Shown here: positions 39,937-53,506 of the stretch, in pieces | How positions within the stretch are numbered: position 1 is the first letter of the stretch | How the letters are laid out: each line of letters begins with the position of its first letter | Source of the DNA: Chiloscyllium plagiosum | Lineage: Eukaryota | Assembly (NCBI RefSeq): GCF_004010195.1 | Contig: NC_057751.1 | Location: forward strand, 1,742,494 to 1,806,493 | Length of the DNA: 64,000 bases | Reading direction: 5' to 3' | Program-made: the position numbers and the translations under genes | Notes under the pieces: model-generated | What the model was told of the DNA's origin: nothing | Database searches by the model: none | The model's input: only the letters and a program-made list of their open reading frames with translations

Positions 39937-40070
39937 CTCAATGGTTTCGAAAGTCTCGCTGGAACACAGAGGGACTGAAGTCATGAGATTCCAATAGATG
40001 CAAGTTTGACTTTCTGGCTTTTCTGTCACAATGTCCGAACATTAACTTCCAGAGATTCAAGGACTGGCTG
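39937..40070 (-). pseudogene. Exon I (134 nt, phase 2-1; 1 TGA): SQSLNLWKLMFGHCDRKARKSNLHLLESHDFSPSVFQRDFRNH*
   Basis: Acceptor cactgttcag|CAG, donor GAG|GTCAGT. Confidence 0.6.
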
Positions 40071-41509
40071 CTGAACAGTGAATCAGTTGAAACAATCAAA
40101 TGCAAGTGCATTTGATTTCCTGACTTGACTTTCCATCAGCAGGAGACTACCAGGTATGTGGAAACATCTTCTTTAAGGCTGCTTGATAATCCTGAGATAT
40201 GCACTTGGAATTGTCAACAGCCTTGTGAGTAGCAGGCAGAGAATGTCAACTATAAGATTCAGCAGGGATTTTCCTGCAAGCTTTTATTTGTTTGCATTAG
40301 TTTGTGCGCCATACAGGAGTCCCATGAACATGCCGAGGTCCTCCAGACCTCAGGCACCTAAATATTAACTGCAAAGGTCTTCAAAGGCATTAGGCAGCAA
40401 GCCTGGCAGCTGGCAGTGTAATAGGGGCACCATTCAGCAGGACATCTGAGGAGATGAGATCATTTCTGCATCTCTCCTCCTGTCTGTTAACTTTCTAATG
40501 CATGTTTTTGATAAAGTTACAAGAGGGGATTCAACATTATCAGAGGATCAGTACTGAATGAGCACTGTACTGTCGGAGGGTCAGCACTGAGGGAGTGCTG
40601 CCCGAGTTAGAGCAGCACTAAATTATAAGAAGCCATTTCAGTTGCAACATTTAAAAGGCATCTGGATGGGTATATGAATCGGAAAGGTTTGGAGGGTGTC
40701 AGAGAAATTTGCCCAATAGGTTAGAGATCATGAAACACAGCTTGAAGTGAAATTGACATCACTGGAGGAGAACCAGACTAGGCTGACACAGAACTGACAG
40801 TCTGTACAGGTAAATCAGATTTCTGTTCCCAGAGCTGAGGATGAGACCAGTTTTATAATAATGCTGCACAATAAGGCTATTTAAGAAATGGAAAACTACA
40901 ATGTATCTGGAAATGGAGTAATTTAGTTCCAAGGATGCTAATTGGAAAACAGTTATTGGATGAATGTCCTGTTCCTTCACACAATGCAACATCCTGACAG
41001 TGTCGATGGTTCCATTCCTCTTCACAGGAAGGTGTTAATGTCTCCTCTGAATTGATGAGGTGCTTCATTGTCCTGTTCCTGGAGCATGTCCTTACTGGTG
41101 CCTCTCTGTCTGACCTGCTCTTTGTGTGGCTTTGACATTGCCCTGCATTGATTGCAAATTAAATTGACTCTCCACATGTCAGCTTTTCATTGCACATCTG
41201 TTCTCTGGCTATATCCCAGGATCAATCACAAATTCTCAGTGCCCTATCCTTTGATTATAGATCTGTATCTTTTCTCAGAATCCTGCAGCAACCCTGAATT
41301 AATTCCGCTCTCCCACTTTCTCCCTACAGCGCGTGTGAATCACAACCTCATCCCACTGTCCCACTCTCTCCAGTTGGCTCTGTATCAATCTCAATTAATC
41401 CAACTGTTCCACTCTCTGCCTGAAGTAATGCGTCAAACACAAATCCCACAGTCCCTAACCCTGCAGCAAAACCAATCCCCCTCTTCCAATTCCGCCCCAT
41501 AAACCTGAA

Positions 41510-44500
41510 TTAGAAAGGGACCAGGATACTGGCAGGGAGATTTGCTGGAGTCACCCGGGAAAATTTAACGAGTAAAGTAGGGGTTGAGGATTGCGGAAAT
41601 CCAGAGAGACAGTGAGAAAAGGGATCAGCCTGAGAATGGTGTAGTTGGGAAAAGGAGTGGGTCAAATAATCCACGCAGATAGGAACAAACAAGAGAACAA
41701 GGTAGGTCTGATAGATTCAACTAGATTTATTTCAATGCAAGAGATCTGACAGAAAAGGCAGATGAACTCAGGGCATGGTTAGGAACATGGGACTGGGATA
41801 TCATAGCAATTACAGAAACATGGCTCAGGGATGAATGCTATCGGAAAGATAGAAAGGGGGCAAGAGATGAGGGAGAGTGGCATTTTTGATCAGGGATAAC
41901 ATTACAGCTATACTTAGGGAGGATATATCAGGGAGTTCTATGAGATATTGTGGACTGCAGATGCTGGAGAAGTCAGAGTCAATAAATTGTGGTGATGGAA
42001 CAAGCACAGCAGATCAGGCAGCATCCGAGGAGCAGGAGAGTCAAGCCCAAAATGTCGATTCTCTTGCTCCTCAGATGCTGCCTGACCTGCTGTGCTTATT
42101 CCAGTGAGTACGAGCAGTGTTGGACCATAGTGTTGGACCATAAGATTATAGTCACCTGATCCCATGTCACTTGTGACCTTGTCCACCCCAGTCCAACACT
42201 GGCATCTTCACATCAATAATAGGGTGGTGATGGGTGGGGATTTCAAATTTTCAAACACAGACTGGGATTGCCATAGTGTTTAGGGTTTAGATGCAGAGGA
42301 ATTGGTTAAGTGTATACAAGCAAATTTTCTGATTCAGTATGTGGATGTACCTACTAGAGAAGGTTCAAAATCTGATCTACTCTTGGGAAATAAGGCAGGG
42401 CAGGTGACTGAGGTGTCAGTGGGGGAGTACTTTGGGACAAGCAATCATAATTGTATTAATTTTAAAATAGTAATGGAAAAGGATAGCCCGATTTAAAAGT
42501 CATAGTTTTACGTAAGAAAGGCCAATTTTCAAAAATTGATTGGGGGTGGATATTCACAGATCAAAGGATGGCTGGAAAGTGGGAAGCCTTAAAAAATGAG
42601 GTAACAAGAGTCCAGAGACAGTATGTTCCTGTTCGGGTGAAAGGAAAGGCTGATAGGTGTAGGGGATACTGGATGACTGGAGAACTTGAGGGTTTGGTTA
42701 AGAAAAAGAAGGAAGCATATGTCAGATGTAGACAGGAGAGATTGAGTGACTCCTTAGAAGAGTATAAAGGCAGTAAGAGTATACTTAAGAGGGAAATCAG
42801 GAGGGCAAAACTGGGACATGATTTAGCATTGGCAAATAGGATTAAGGAGAATCCAAAGGGTTTCTATAAATACATTAAGGACAAAAGAGTAACTCGGGAA
42901 AGAACAGGATCCCTCAAAGATCAGTATGTGTGGAACTGCAGGAGGTGGGGGAGATATTCAACAAGTATTTTGCATCAGTGTTTACTCTGGAGAAGGACAT
43001 GGAAGATAGAGAACTTTGGGAAATAAATAGTGATATCTTGAGAACTGTGAGAGAGGAGGAGGTGTTGGATGTCTTAAAAAGAACAAAGGTGGATGAATCC
43101 CCAGGACCTGATCAAGGGTACCCCAGAATTCTGTAAGATGCTGAGAAAGTGATTACTGGGCCCCTCGCTGAGATACTTGTATCATTGATAGTCACAGGTG
43201 AGGTGCCGGAAGACTGGAGGTTGGCTAACATGGTACCATTATTTAAGAAAGGTGGAAAGGACAAGCCAGGGAACTATAGATTGGTGAGCCTGACATCGGT
43301 GGTGGGCAAGTTGTTGGAGGGAATCCTGAGGGATAGGATGTACATATATTTGGAAAGGCAAGGACTGATTAGGGATAGTCAGCATGGCTTTGTGCGTGGG
43401 AAATCATGTCTCACTGACTTGATTGTGCTTTGTAAAGGAGTGACGAAAATGATTAATGAGGGCAGAGCAGTGGATGTTGTCCATATGGACTTCAGTAAGG
43501 CACTTGAGAAGTTTCCTTATGGGAGACTGGTCAATACAGAGAGAACTAGCCATTTGGATACAGGGCGGGCTTGAAAGTAGAAGACAGAGGGTGGTAGTGG
43601 AGGGTTGCTTTTCAGACTGGAGGCCTGTGACCAGTGGTTTGCTGCAGAGATCGGTGCTGGGTCCACTGCTTTTCATTATTTATATGAATGATTTGGATGT
43701 GAATATAGGAGACATGGTTAGTAAGTTTGCAGATGACACCAAAATTGAAGATGTAGTGGACAGCGGTTACCTCGGAGTACAATGGGACCTTGATCAGATG
43801 GGCCAATGGGCTGAGGAGTTCCAGATGGAGTTTAATTTATATAAATTTGAGGTGCTGAATTTTGGAAAGGCAAATGAGCGCAAGCCTTATGAACTTCATG
43901 AGGAGTTTTACGAAACAAAAGCTTCTTAAAATGCAGGTTCATAGTTCCTCAAAAGTGGAGTCAAGGTAGATAGACTCGTGAAGAAGATGTCTGGTATGGT
44001 TTTCTTAATTGGTCAGAGCATTGAGGAGAGGAGTTGGGAGGTCATATTGCATCTGTTTAGGACATTGGTTAGGCAATGTTTGGAATACTGCGCTCAGTTC
44101 TGGTCTCGTTGCTGTAAGAAGGGCTTCAGAAAAGATTTACAAAGATGTTGCCAGGTTTGGAGGGTTTGAGCTGTAGGGAGAGGCTGAATAGGCTGGGGCT
44201 GTTTTCTGTGCAGCATCAGAGGCGGATGGGTGACCTTATAGAGGTTTCTCAAATCATGAGGGACATGGATAGTGTAAGTAGACAGGGAGGGGAGTTCAAA
44301 GCAAGAGGGCGTGGGCTTAAAGTGAGAGGGCAAAGATTTAAAAGGGGCATCTTTGTCACGCATAGGGTTGTATGTGATTGGAATGAACTGCCAGGGGAAG
44401 TGATGGAGATTTGGACAACTTCAATATTTAAAAGGCATGTATAAAGAAGAAGGGTTTAGAGGGATATGGACCAAATGCTGGCAAATGGGACGAGATGAAT

Positions 44501-44570
44501 TTAGGATTTTTGGTTGGCATGGGTGCATTGAAGGGTCTGTTTCTGTGCTGCATGACTCTATGACCCTATC
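41510..44570 (+). mobile_element. Long CR1/HER1-like LINE (APE endonuclease to 3' tail), with PLE mini-elements at ~41945-42215
   Basis: Endonuclease-like YFNAR and IIAITETWL, PTREG..DLLL, then RT motifs and tail. Confidence 0.95.
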
Positions 44571-44599
44571 TGAATCAATTCCAAAATAATACAACTGAC

Positions 44600-44891
44600 C
44601 CATATTCTTCCAACAGTTTAGCACATTTTTCTTCAAGCTTTCTAAATGTTTCAGTTTTTTGACAGTTTCTAATTTCTTCTTTGTTCATGACAACATTCCC
44701 AATAGCTTTGATTGACATTTTCAAGCAAGCAAGGAAGTCACAGGCATTTGGCAAATTAGCCACACAATACTGCGGAATTTTTAGTTGGATGTCAGTGAAA
44801 AGCATCAATGCTGGTGTGCGACATGAGGTTATGTAATCTGACTTTTCCTCTGTACTGTTCTACAGATTAATCTTTCCTCTTTGTACAAGAC
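44600..44891 (-). pseudogene. Exon H (292 nt, phase 1-2; 1 TAG): LVQRGKINL*NSTEEKSDYITSCRTPALMLFTDIQLKIPQYCVANLPNACDFLACLKMSIK...KCAKLLEEY
   Basis: Acceptor ggtttgctcag|GTC, donor TGG|GTCAGT; includes most of ORF 44575..44808. Confidence 0.7.
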
Positions 44892-45119
44892 CTGAGCAAA
44901 CCACAGTGCAAACAACAAGTGAATCACTCAATCTCTGACAGAAGATGGGGGTGGAAAGCTAATGGAATTTGTTTTTAAACTCTGACACCTGGTATAATGA
45001 GAGAGACAGTAACAAAATGAGCACAATGAAAGATAAAGAGGGAAAGATGAAAAATGATGGGTGTAAATGAGATCAAGACAGGTGAATAACAAGTTGTAGT
45101 TTGAATTCAGTGCCCTTGA

Positions 45120-46640
45120 CTGATGCACCCCATCTCAGAAAAATGCTACATTCCATTGAGTTCAGATGAAAGGAGTTGTTTCTGTCAAGAGTTGAGAAGA
45201 TTCAATGCATTGTTCGCTGTGTTTTATTCCCTTTTTCTTCTTGACTTGCTGAACATGTCTAACAATGGTAGTGTCACCCAGGTAGTTGAGAAAGGATGTT
45301 GTCAACAATGCAGAGAATTGCCAAACCTATCTTGTGTCATTAGAAGCCAGCAAGTGATTAACAAAGCCAACAACATTTTGTTGGAAGGAATTTGCGAGCA
45401 AGATGGAAGCCTATCTGTCACCTATCTGTCCTTCTCTTACAATCTCCCTGGGCAGGTGCACTGATTCCCAAGTCCCATTGCTCCCGAGTCACCACAAAAT
45501 TAATGATTTATACAAAGTCCCCAATTTATTTCTCTGATGAGATCAAAAATCTCATGACACCAGTTATAGTCTAATGGGTTTATTTGAAAACACTAGTTTT
45601 TGGAGCGCTGCTTCTTCATCAGATACCAGCACCTGATGAAGGAGCAGTCCTCCAAAAGCTAGTGTTTTCAAATAAACCTGTTCGATTCTCTCCTGGTATT
45701 CTGTGATTTTTGACCTTGTCCAACCCAGTCCAACACCGGCACTTCTGCATCATAGCTGGGTGATGGAACCAGGTTAACAGAACACACTGACTTCTACTTA
45801 ACAAGAGCTGATGTTTAGTACCGACAAATAAGTTCTTGGCAGAGGAAGACAAAACAATGACCAATCAGCATATAACTTTTCCAGTTGAAATTTCTTTTTT
45901 TTGAGTGAACAGAAAAAGTACAGGGACATGGCACCAGTCCATTAGGATCAATGAGATGTTCTGTTTGCTGCCAAAGAACTTCTGTTCTCTGATTTCCTTC
46001 CTAGATTCTTTCAGTTCTTTGCAAGAGACTTGGGTGATTAATGTGCAGGTACAATAATTGTAAAGGCTCTCAGTTACTGGTTGAATACAGTTGGGAGAAG
46101 TTACTTTCTTGCGGAGAAACAGAAAGACAGAACCTGTTTCTTCAGCAAACCAGAAGATTCCCTCCTTTGACTCCAAACACCTTAGTTATTCCCTACCCAG
46201 AAGCCAATCAGAGAACTGTTGTCACATACTGACATTTGGCATCCACAACTGGTCTCAATTATCAGAAAAGAATCATTACTCTGTTGCTGGATGAATTTCA
46301 CTCTTTGGCCAAAATAGTGCCATCACTCATTCTCACCAGACAGGAGAGAGGGAGCCAAACGTAAAGACTGCGCCTTTTTAAAAAATTCCCTATATTTTTA
46401 ACTGTGGACTGAAATTGGAAAAGGAATGGATTAAAAACAAGGATTGTGAAAAGACGGCTGCACCTTTACAAACCAACTTCACTGACACTCATTTTAAGAG
46501 CTGTTGATATTGATGTTTGTTCAAGCAGTGAGGAGGTCTCCTTGCAGACAAGCTGCTTGGATCTTCTCAACTCTTGACAGAAACAACTCCTTTCATCTGA
46601 ACTCGATGGATTGTAGCATTTTTCTGATTGGGATGCATCA
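45120..46640. repeat. ~85-bp inverted repeat pair (45121-45205 / 46557-46640)
   Basis: tcagaaaaatgctaca.tccat.gagttcagatgaaaggagttgtttctgtcaagagttgagaagat on both strands. Confidence 0.9.
45550..45752. mobile_element. Palindromic mini-element with hammerhead-like motifs on both strands
   Basis: Inverted arms; CAC-CTGATGAA-GGAG...CTCC-AAAA-GCTA-GTG on + and a mirror copy on -; same family at 58210-58391 and 59035-59145. Confidence 0.75.
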
Positions 46641-46811
46641 AGCTGGAGGGTCTGTGTGTGAATGGTAATTTGATCTGATGCAAGATTGGTTTGTGGATTG
46701 GTGATAAGTGTTTTCTCTGGCAAGAGCCATCCGCCTTCCAGCAACCATGTGATTGGCTCACAGATCACTGAACAGCTTATGGGTGTGAATGATGGGTCAG
46801 AAACCATTAAA

Positions 46812-47002
46812 CTTCATCTCCTCCCCCACTCACCTATTGTACTCTATGCTACTTTCTCCCCACCCCCACCCTCCTCTAGCTTATCTCTCCACGCTTCCGG
46901 CTGTCTGCCTTTATTCCTGATGAAGGGCTTTTGCCCGAAACGTCGATTTTGCTGCTCATCGGATGCTGCCTGAATTGCTGTGCTCTTCCAGCACCACTGA
47001 TC
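46812..47002 (+). mobile_element. PLE terminal fragment with 14-bp TSD and intact hammerhead core
   Basis: CAGAAACCATTAAA at 46798-46811 and 47003-47016; CTGATGA-A-GGGC(TTTT)GCCC-GAAA-CGTC at 46917-46944. Confidence 0.88.
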
Positions 47003-47119
47003 CAGAAACCATTAAAACCTGTCCTTTCGCTTCAGTGATTTTCCTCATCAGTTGCTGTAAACTGTAAGGTTTCAGCAACAAATCAGAGACCTTGTAAGTC
47101 TGAACCAATTGCACTGTAC

Positions 47120-47152
47120 CTCCTACAACCAGATGAAGTGACCTGGTGTTGC
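47120..47152 (-). pseudogene. Exon G (33 nt, phase 1-1): NTRSLHLVVG
   Basis: Acceptor tatttcacag|GCA, donor GAG|GTACAG; symmetric phase, so not required by the chain. Confidence 0.35.
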
Positions 47153-47341
47153 CTGTGAAATATTTGACACAGACACTTTGACCAGTTCATTCCTCATAAA
47201 ATGTGTTTACCCAGGTGCTGTTACTGCATGAGACAAACAAAGCACTGTGGTTCAAATTTAGCTTTAGTAAAACACAGGCAAGTCAACGAAAACAATTCTG
47301 AAACAAATTCAGTGAACTTCTCCCAAACTAAGCTGACTTAC

Positions 47342-47407
47342 CAAAAAACACATATACTACACGCTTCGGTGAATTTGATTGGGCTGCTGGATCCAACTCA
47401 TTGAGCT
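47342..47407 (-). pseudogene. Exon F (66 nt, phase 1-1, open): LNELDPAAQSNSPKRVVYVFF
   Basis: Acceptor cccctgtcgacag|AGC, consensus donor TTG|GTAAGT. Confidence 0.65.
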
Positions 47408-47446
47408 CTGTCGACAGGGGACACAGGGTCTTCTTAGCACAAAGTA

Positions 47447-47785
47447 GTGGCACAGTGACTCAGTGGTTAGCACTGCTGCCTCACAATGCCAGGGACCTGG
47501 GTTCAATTCCGGCCTGGGGCCACTGTGTGGAGTTTGTACATTCACCCTGTGTCTGTGTGGATTTCCTCCAGGTGCTCCAGTTTCCTCCCACAATCCAAAG
47601 ATGTGCAGATTAGGTGGATTGGCCATGGTATATCGCACATAATATCCAGGGATATGCTGGGTGGGCTAGCCATGGGGAATGCAGGATCACATGGATGGGG
47701 TGGATCTGGGTGGGATGCTCTTTGGAGGGTCAGCATATGTTGATAGGCTGAATGGTCTGCTTCTGCACTGTAAGCATTCTATGAT
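47447..47785 (+). mobile_element. HE1-type SINE (older)
   Basis: A/B boxes and body. Confidence 0.88.
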
Positions 47786-47989
47786 TTTGGTCCGAAGGGG
47801 GGTCTCACCCAGAGTCTTTGCCACCAGGTATCCCTTCTTACCTCCCTTTTCTGAGCCCTTCTGGAATGTTCTTTGACTTCAGCCAATTGGCCCACAGGGT
47901 AGGGGTCACAGTGCCAGTGAGGTTAGGTCAGGTTGTCCTAACTGCACCCATCCCCTTTCTAAGACTTGCTTACTCCACAGTGGCAAGCA

Positions 47990-48308
47990 TTAGATTAGAT
48001 TACTCACAGTGTGGAAACATGCCCTTCGGCCCACCAAGTCCACACCGACCCGCCAAAGCGCAACCCACCCAGACCCATTCCCCTACATTAACCCCTTCAG
48101 CTATCACTACAGGGAATTTAGCATGGCCAATTCACCTAACATGCACATTTTTGGACTCTGGGAGGAAACCGGAGCACCCGGAGGAAACCCACGCAGACAC
48201 GGGGAGAATGTGCAAACTCCACACAGTCAGTCGCCTGAGGCGGGAATTGAACCCGGGTCTCTGGTGCTGTGAGGCAGCAGTGCTAACCACTGTGCCACCG
48301 TGCCGCCC
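47990..48308 (-). mobile_element. HE1-type SINE (young)
   Basis: Closely similar to 20769-21090. Confidence 0.92.
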
Positions 48309-49519
48309 ACTAAAGCAAGGAGTCTGGCTGAAACAGGAATAAACAAATTTTACGTCTCTGTTTATTGCTCGAGCTAAGTCCTTCCTCATGAGTTCCAAAC
48401 ACTCCTATTCAATACGCAATTCAGATCATAAAATCACAGAAACCCTATAGGCCATTCAGTCCAGTGAGTGCACAATTATTCATTAGAATAATCCATTTAA
48501 AGACAGCAGTTACTAATTTAATACTGCAGCAAAAAGAATCATGATTGCTGGAAATCTGAATTAAAGCTAGGAAAAGCTGGAAATACATCAATTGAGCAAC
48601 ACAGCTCATGTTTCAGGTCTGTGACCTTTCATCAAAACTGAGAGAAGTTAGAAGTAGCGTAGGTTTTGAGCAAGTCCAAAGGGAGAAGGTGGAAATAAGA
48701 ACAAAAGGGGAAGTCTGTGACAAGATGCTGTTTGAGAGACATCAAATGACAAATGGCTTTGTGGTCCAAAAGCAACAAAAGATGTGTCTCGGTGAGATGT
48801 GAAAGGCAAGATGGCAGCCATCTGAAGACAAATTGAAGAGATTAAGAAAGAAGATGAAAAAATAAAAATTGGCTTAGTATGTAAGAATGTTGCACTCAGT
48901 GTTGTTCAGAAGACTTTAATATGCCCATTGGAAAGGTGAGGTGTTACTCCTTATGGAAAAAGAAGAGTAAATGGACTTGGTGAATGGCTACTGCACAGAG
49001 CTGGTGTCGACACAACAGGCTGAACTCTCTCCATTCTAGCATTCTATGAAGTGTGTTACATACGTGCATTAAAGTTGTTGTGAAGCAATGCAGTGTGATA
49101 ACATACACATCAGACACACAAATGGTTCAGTCAGTTTTTCCCAGTTTGGTTCATTTCAACTGATAGTGACTGAAAGGATTCCAAATCTTCTTAATATATA
49201 ATTTACAAATGGGTTTTAAACATACAGGCACAAGAGATAATACTACTAATGGACACAGATGAGCAACATGCAGAAGGTAAAAGAATTTGGGAACCCAATT
49301 ACAGTAACGATAACATCATGATAAAATAATAGGGAGGCAATGAACTCATGATATTATCACTAGTGTACAGATGGTGGAGCTTGAATTCAATAAAACAAAT
49401 CTGGAAGTCAGGGTCTAATGATGGTCATGAATCCATTGTTAATTGTCAGGAAAACTCATCTGATTCACTAATGTTATTTCAGGGAGAACCTCTGCCATCC
49501 TTACCTGGTCTGGCTGACA

Positions 49520-50660
49520 TGACTTCAACTCCTCCCACCCTGCCTCCTATCCCTTATTCCCAATTGCTCTGCTTCCACCGTAGCTGCTCCCAAGAGGACC
49601 AGTTCCACCACAGAACACACCAGATGGCGTCCTTCTTTAAAGATGGCAATTTCCCTTCCTATGTGGTCGATGGTGCCCTCCAACGCATCTCATCCACTTC
49701 CTGCAACTCCGCCCTCAGACCCCACCCCTCCAACTGCAACAAGGACAGAACCCCCACAGTCCTCACCTTCCATCCCACCAACCTCCATATACATCGCATC
49801 ATCCTCTGCCATTTCTGCCACCTACAAACGGACCCCACCACCAGAGATATATTTCCCTCCACATCCTGATGTGGAGAGCATTCCTTTCTGTAAAGAGCAT
49901 TCCTTTCGTGACTCGCTCGTCAGGTCCACGCCCCCCCAACAAACCACCCTCCCGTCCCGGCACCTTGCCCTGCCACCCCAGGAATTGTAAAGCCTGCACC
50001 AACACCTCTCCCCTCACCTTCGTCCAAAGTCCCAAAGGGGCCTTCCACATCCATCAAAGTTTTACCTGCACTTCCACACATGTCATTTACTGTATCCATT
50101 GCTCCTGATGCAGTCTCTTCTCCACTGGGAAGACAGGAAGCCTTCTTGCAGAGCACTTCAGAGAACATCTCTGGGACACCTACACCAACCAACCCCGAAC
50201 ACTTTAACTCCCCCTCCCACTTTGCCAATGACATGCACGTCCTGGGCCTCCTCCATCGCCACTCCCTAACCACCCGATGCCTGGAGGAAGAACGCCTCAT
50301 ATTCTGCCTTGGGACCCTCCAACCCCATGGCATCAATGTTAACTTCACCAGTTTCCTCATCTCCCCTCCCCCCACCTTATCCCAGTTCCAACCTTCCAAC
50401 TCAGCACTGTCCTCATGACCTGACCTCCCTGTCCATCTTCCTCCCAGTCTATTCGCTCCACACTATCAGCTTTACCCCCACCTCCATCTATCACATTTCC
50501 AGCTACCTTCCCCCCAGCCCCGCACCCCCCCACCTCCCATTTATCTCACCAACCCCTCGGCTCACAGCCTCATTCCTGATAAAGGGCTTTTGCCCGATTC
50601 TCCTGCTCCTCAGTTACTGCCTAACCTGCTGTGCTTTACCAGCACTATACTCTCAACTAC
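49520..50660 (+). mobile_element. Penelope-like element 3' ~1.1 kb (RT C-terminus/linker plus GIY-YIG)
   Basis: IPYSQLL, FTCTSTHVIYCIHC, HFNSPSH, EEERLIFCLGTLQPHGIN. Confidence 0.92.
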
Positions 50661-51444
50661 ATGTGAATCAAGACCCACAGCAATATGGTTGACTCACCTG
50701 ACCACTGGACAATTAATGATGGGCAATAATATGCTGGCCTGGTCACAGATGTCCACATCTGTGAGTGAAACAAAAAAAATGATCTCAGGTTAGCACATCA
50801 AACATGCCACATCGAACAATAAGTAGGCCATTTAATAAGATAGCGGCTGATCTGATTTTAACCTCAACTCTACATTCGTGCATACCCCCAGTAATCTTTC
50901 AAGTCCCTTGGTAATCAAGAATCTATCTACTCCGACGTGAAAATATTTAAAGATTCTGCATTCACTACCTTTTAAGGAAGGGCATTTCAAAACCTCACAC
51001 TTCTCTGAGAGAAAAAACAATTTTTTAAACAATGGCTGCTAATTCCAGATTCTTCCCCAAGAGGAAACATTCTTTTAATATTCTGGCTGGTCAAGCTAGG
51101 AAATGTTAGTGGTCAGCTTCAAGGTATTTGATAAAACTTGAAAGGCTTTCTTCTCACTTTGAATGTCTTCGGGGGGAAGCTAATGTGTGGCAGGTGAGTG
51201 GAGGATTTTGATGACCCTTTGGAGGAGAGAGCAAATTGTAAAGCTTCACTGATTGTCTAATTTCAATTGTCACATACTATGAAAGTGACCAGATTTTCTG
51301 CAAATTCCAGGTCAGTAACTCACTGATTCCATTTTATTGCGGAAGTAATATTACAAAGTGTAATTTGGAAAATCTGATGGGAGGCATTTGGTAACCTGAA
51401 TATATCTGGAGCCTGACATTCATCTGCATCATTTTATCAGATTG

Positions 51445-52280
51445 GAGGCCTATTACCAAGGATGTTCCAGTGAATCCCTGCTGGATCCACTTTTGTTTGC
51501 ATTTATATAAATGATTTAGATGAGAATATAGAAAAGATGGTTAGTATAGGGTGGCATGGTGACTCAGTGGTTAGCACTGCTGCCTCACAGCGCCAGGGTC
51601 CCAGTTCAATTCCAGCCCTGGCAACTGTCTGTGTGGAGTTTGCACGTTCTCCCTGTGTCTGCGTGGGTTTCCTCTGGGTGCTCTGGTTACCTCCTACATT
51701 CCAAAGATGTGCAGGTTAGGTGAATTGGCCATGCTAAATTGCCCATAGTGTTAGGTGAAGGGGTAAATGTAGGGGAATGGGCCTGGGTGAGTTGCTGTTT
51801 GGAGGGTCGGTGTGGACTTGCTGTGCCAAAGGGCCTGTTTCCACACTGTAGGAAATCCATGTTTGCGGAGGACACCAAAATTGGTAGCATAGTGGACAAT
51901 GAAGAGGGCTATCTAAGATTACAAAGAGATCTTGATCAATTGGGTCAATGGCAGATGGAGTTTAATTCGGATAAGTATCAGGAATTATACTTTGGTCAAA
52001 CAAACAAGGAAAGGACTTCTACAGTTAAAGGTAGGGCCTTGGGTAGTGTTATAGAACAGAGAGACCTCAGGGTTCAGGTACATAAAAGTTTGCATTACTT
52101 GGAGACAAGGTTGTTAAGAAGGTGTCAAGCACATTCAACTTCATTGCTCAGACCTTTTGAGTCCAGGAGTTGGAACATCATATGAAAGGTGTACAATTCA
52201 CTGGTGAGACCACTTCCGGAGTATTGTGTCTAGTTCTTGTTGCCCTGTTCCAGGAAGGATATTATTCAGCTGAAGAGGGT
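51445..52280 (+). mobile_element. CR1 LINE fragment with nested HE1 SINE (51550-51857)
   Basis: YINDL...[SINE]...FAEDTKIG, WQMEFN. Confidence 0.9.
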
Positions 52281-52986
52281 TGCATGACATTCTCACATAA
52301 AATGCATGACAAGTTCATACAAATGAGGGGTGAGAATTGTCCTGATCATTCCCTTTAATTAAAGCACTGCACACTGTAAGCAGAATTCTTCCTTCAAGAT
52401 GTAGTGGAAATGTGGAGCCAACACATACAACACCAAGGAAGTGAAAAACCTGAGAACGCCCATGAAATTGTTCATCCTATTTACTCCATGCCAGTGTCAA
52501 TGTTCTACATTAGCCTCCTCCTAAACTCTCTTCACTTCATTTTATCACCTATCCTTGTACTCCTCTCTCCTACATGTGTTTGTCTGGCTTCCTGTTTGTT
52601 TCCTCAATGTATCAAGACTGCTCACCTCAACTACTCCGTTGGGTTGATGAGTTCCATCACTACCATCTGGTCGAAAAGGCTTCTTCTGAGCTCCTTCTGG
52701 GTTTATACATAACTATCTGATATTTCTGACATCTAGCTATGGTCTCCTTGAAAAGTCGAGACATCTTTTTGACAGACAATATCAAAATCTGATACTCCGA
52801 GATTAAAATGTCCCAATTCCACACAGTCTATTTCTGTAGAATGGTATCCAAACTGTCCACTTTTAAACTGAGGCGGGAAATGATTTTTCTGAGCTGCCCA
52901 TGTGTGTGTGTGAGACGCCCCTTTGATCTATAACAACATTTTCGATTGGTATGGCACCTTTAATGAAGTTAAGTTAATGAAGTTAA

Positions 52987-53290
52987 TGGGCGGCACGGTG
53001 ACACAGTGTTTAGCACTGCTGCCTCACAGCGCCAGTGACCCGGGTTCAATTCCTGCCTCAGGCGACTGACTGTGTGGACTTTGCACATTCTCCCCGTGTC
53101 TGCGTGGGTTTGCTCCGGTTTCCTCCACAGTCCAAAGATGTGCAGGTTAGGTGAATTGGCCATGCTAAATTGCCCGTAGTGTTAGGTGCAGGGGTAAATG
53201 TAGGGGAATGCGTCTGGGTGGGTGTACTTTGGTGGGTCGGTTTGGACTTGTTGGGCTGAAGGGCCTGTTTCCACACTGTAAGTAATCTAA
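52987..53290 (+). mobile_element. HE1-type SINE
   Basis: A/B boxes and body. Confidence 0.92.
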
Positions 53291-53482
53291 GCATTCTAAG
53301 GCATTTGCAGAAATGATTGTCAAGCAGAATTTGACACTGACCACATAAAGGGGTATCCGGGCAGGTGACGAAACATGTCCAGAGCCGTGCAGGTTAGGTG
53401 GATTGGCCATGCTACATTGCCTATTGTCTAGGGAATTGCAGACCAGATGTGCTAGCATGGGAAATGCAGGGTAACAGGGATA

Positions 53483-53506
53483 GTGTGTGTGCGCGCGCGC
53501 GCGCGC
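53483..53506. repeat. (GT)4(GC)8 alternating purine-pyrimidine tract
   Basis: Direct reading. Confidence 0.95.

Noticed and set aside
41096..41142. 47-nt exon candidate (CCA|GTAAGG donor)
   Set aside because: Breaks the H-I phase chain; poor acceptor.
46466..46650. ORF 46466..46807 as an additional exon
   Set aside because: Its phase 0 acceptor does not fit the G-H junction and it overlaps the inverted-repeat arm.
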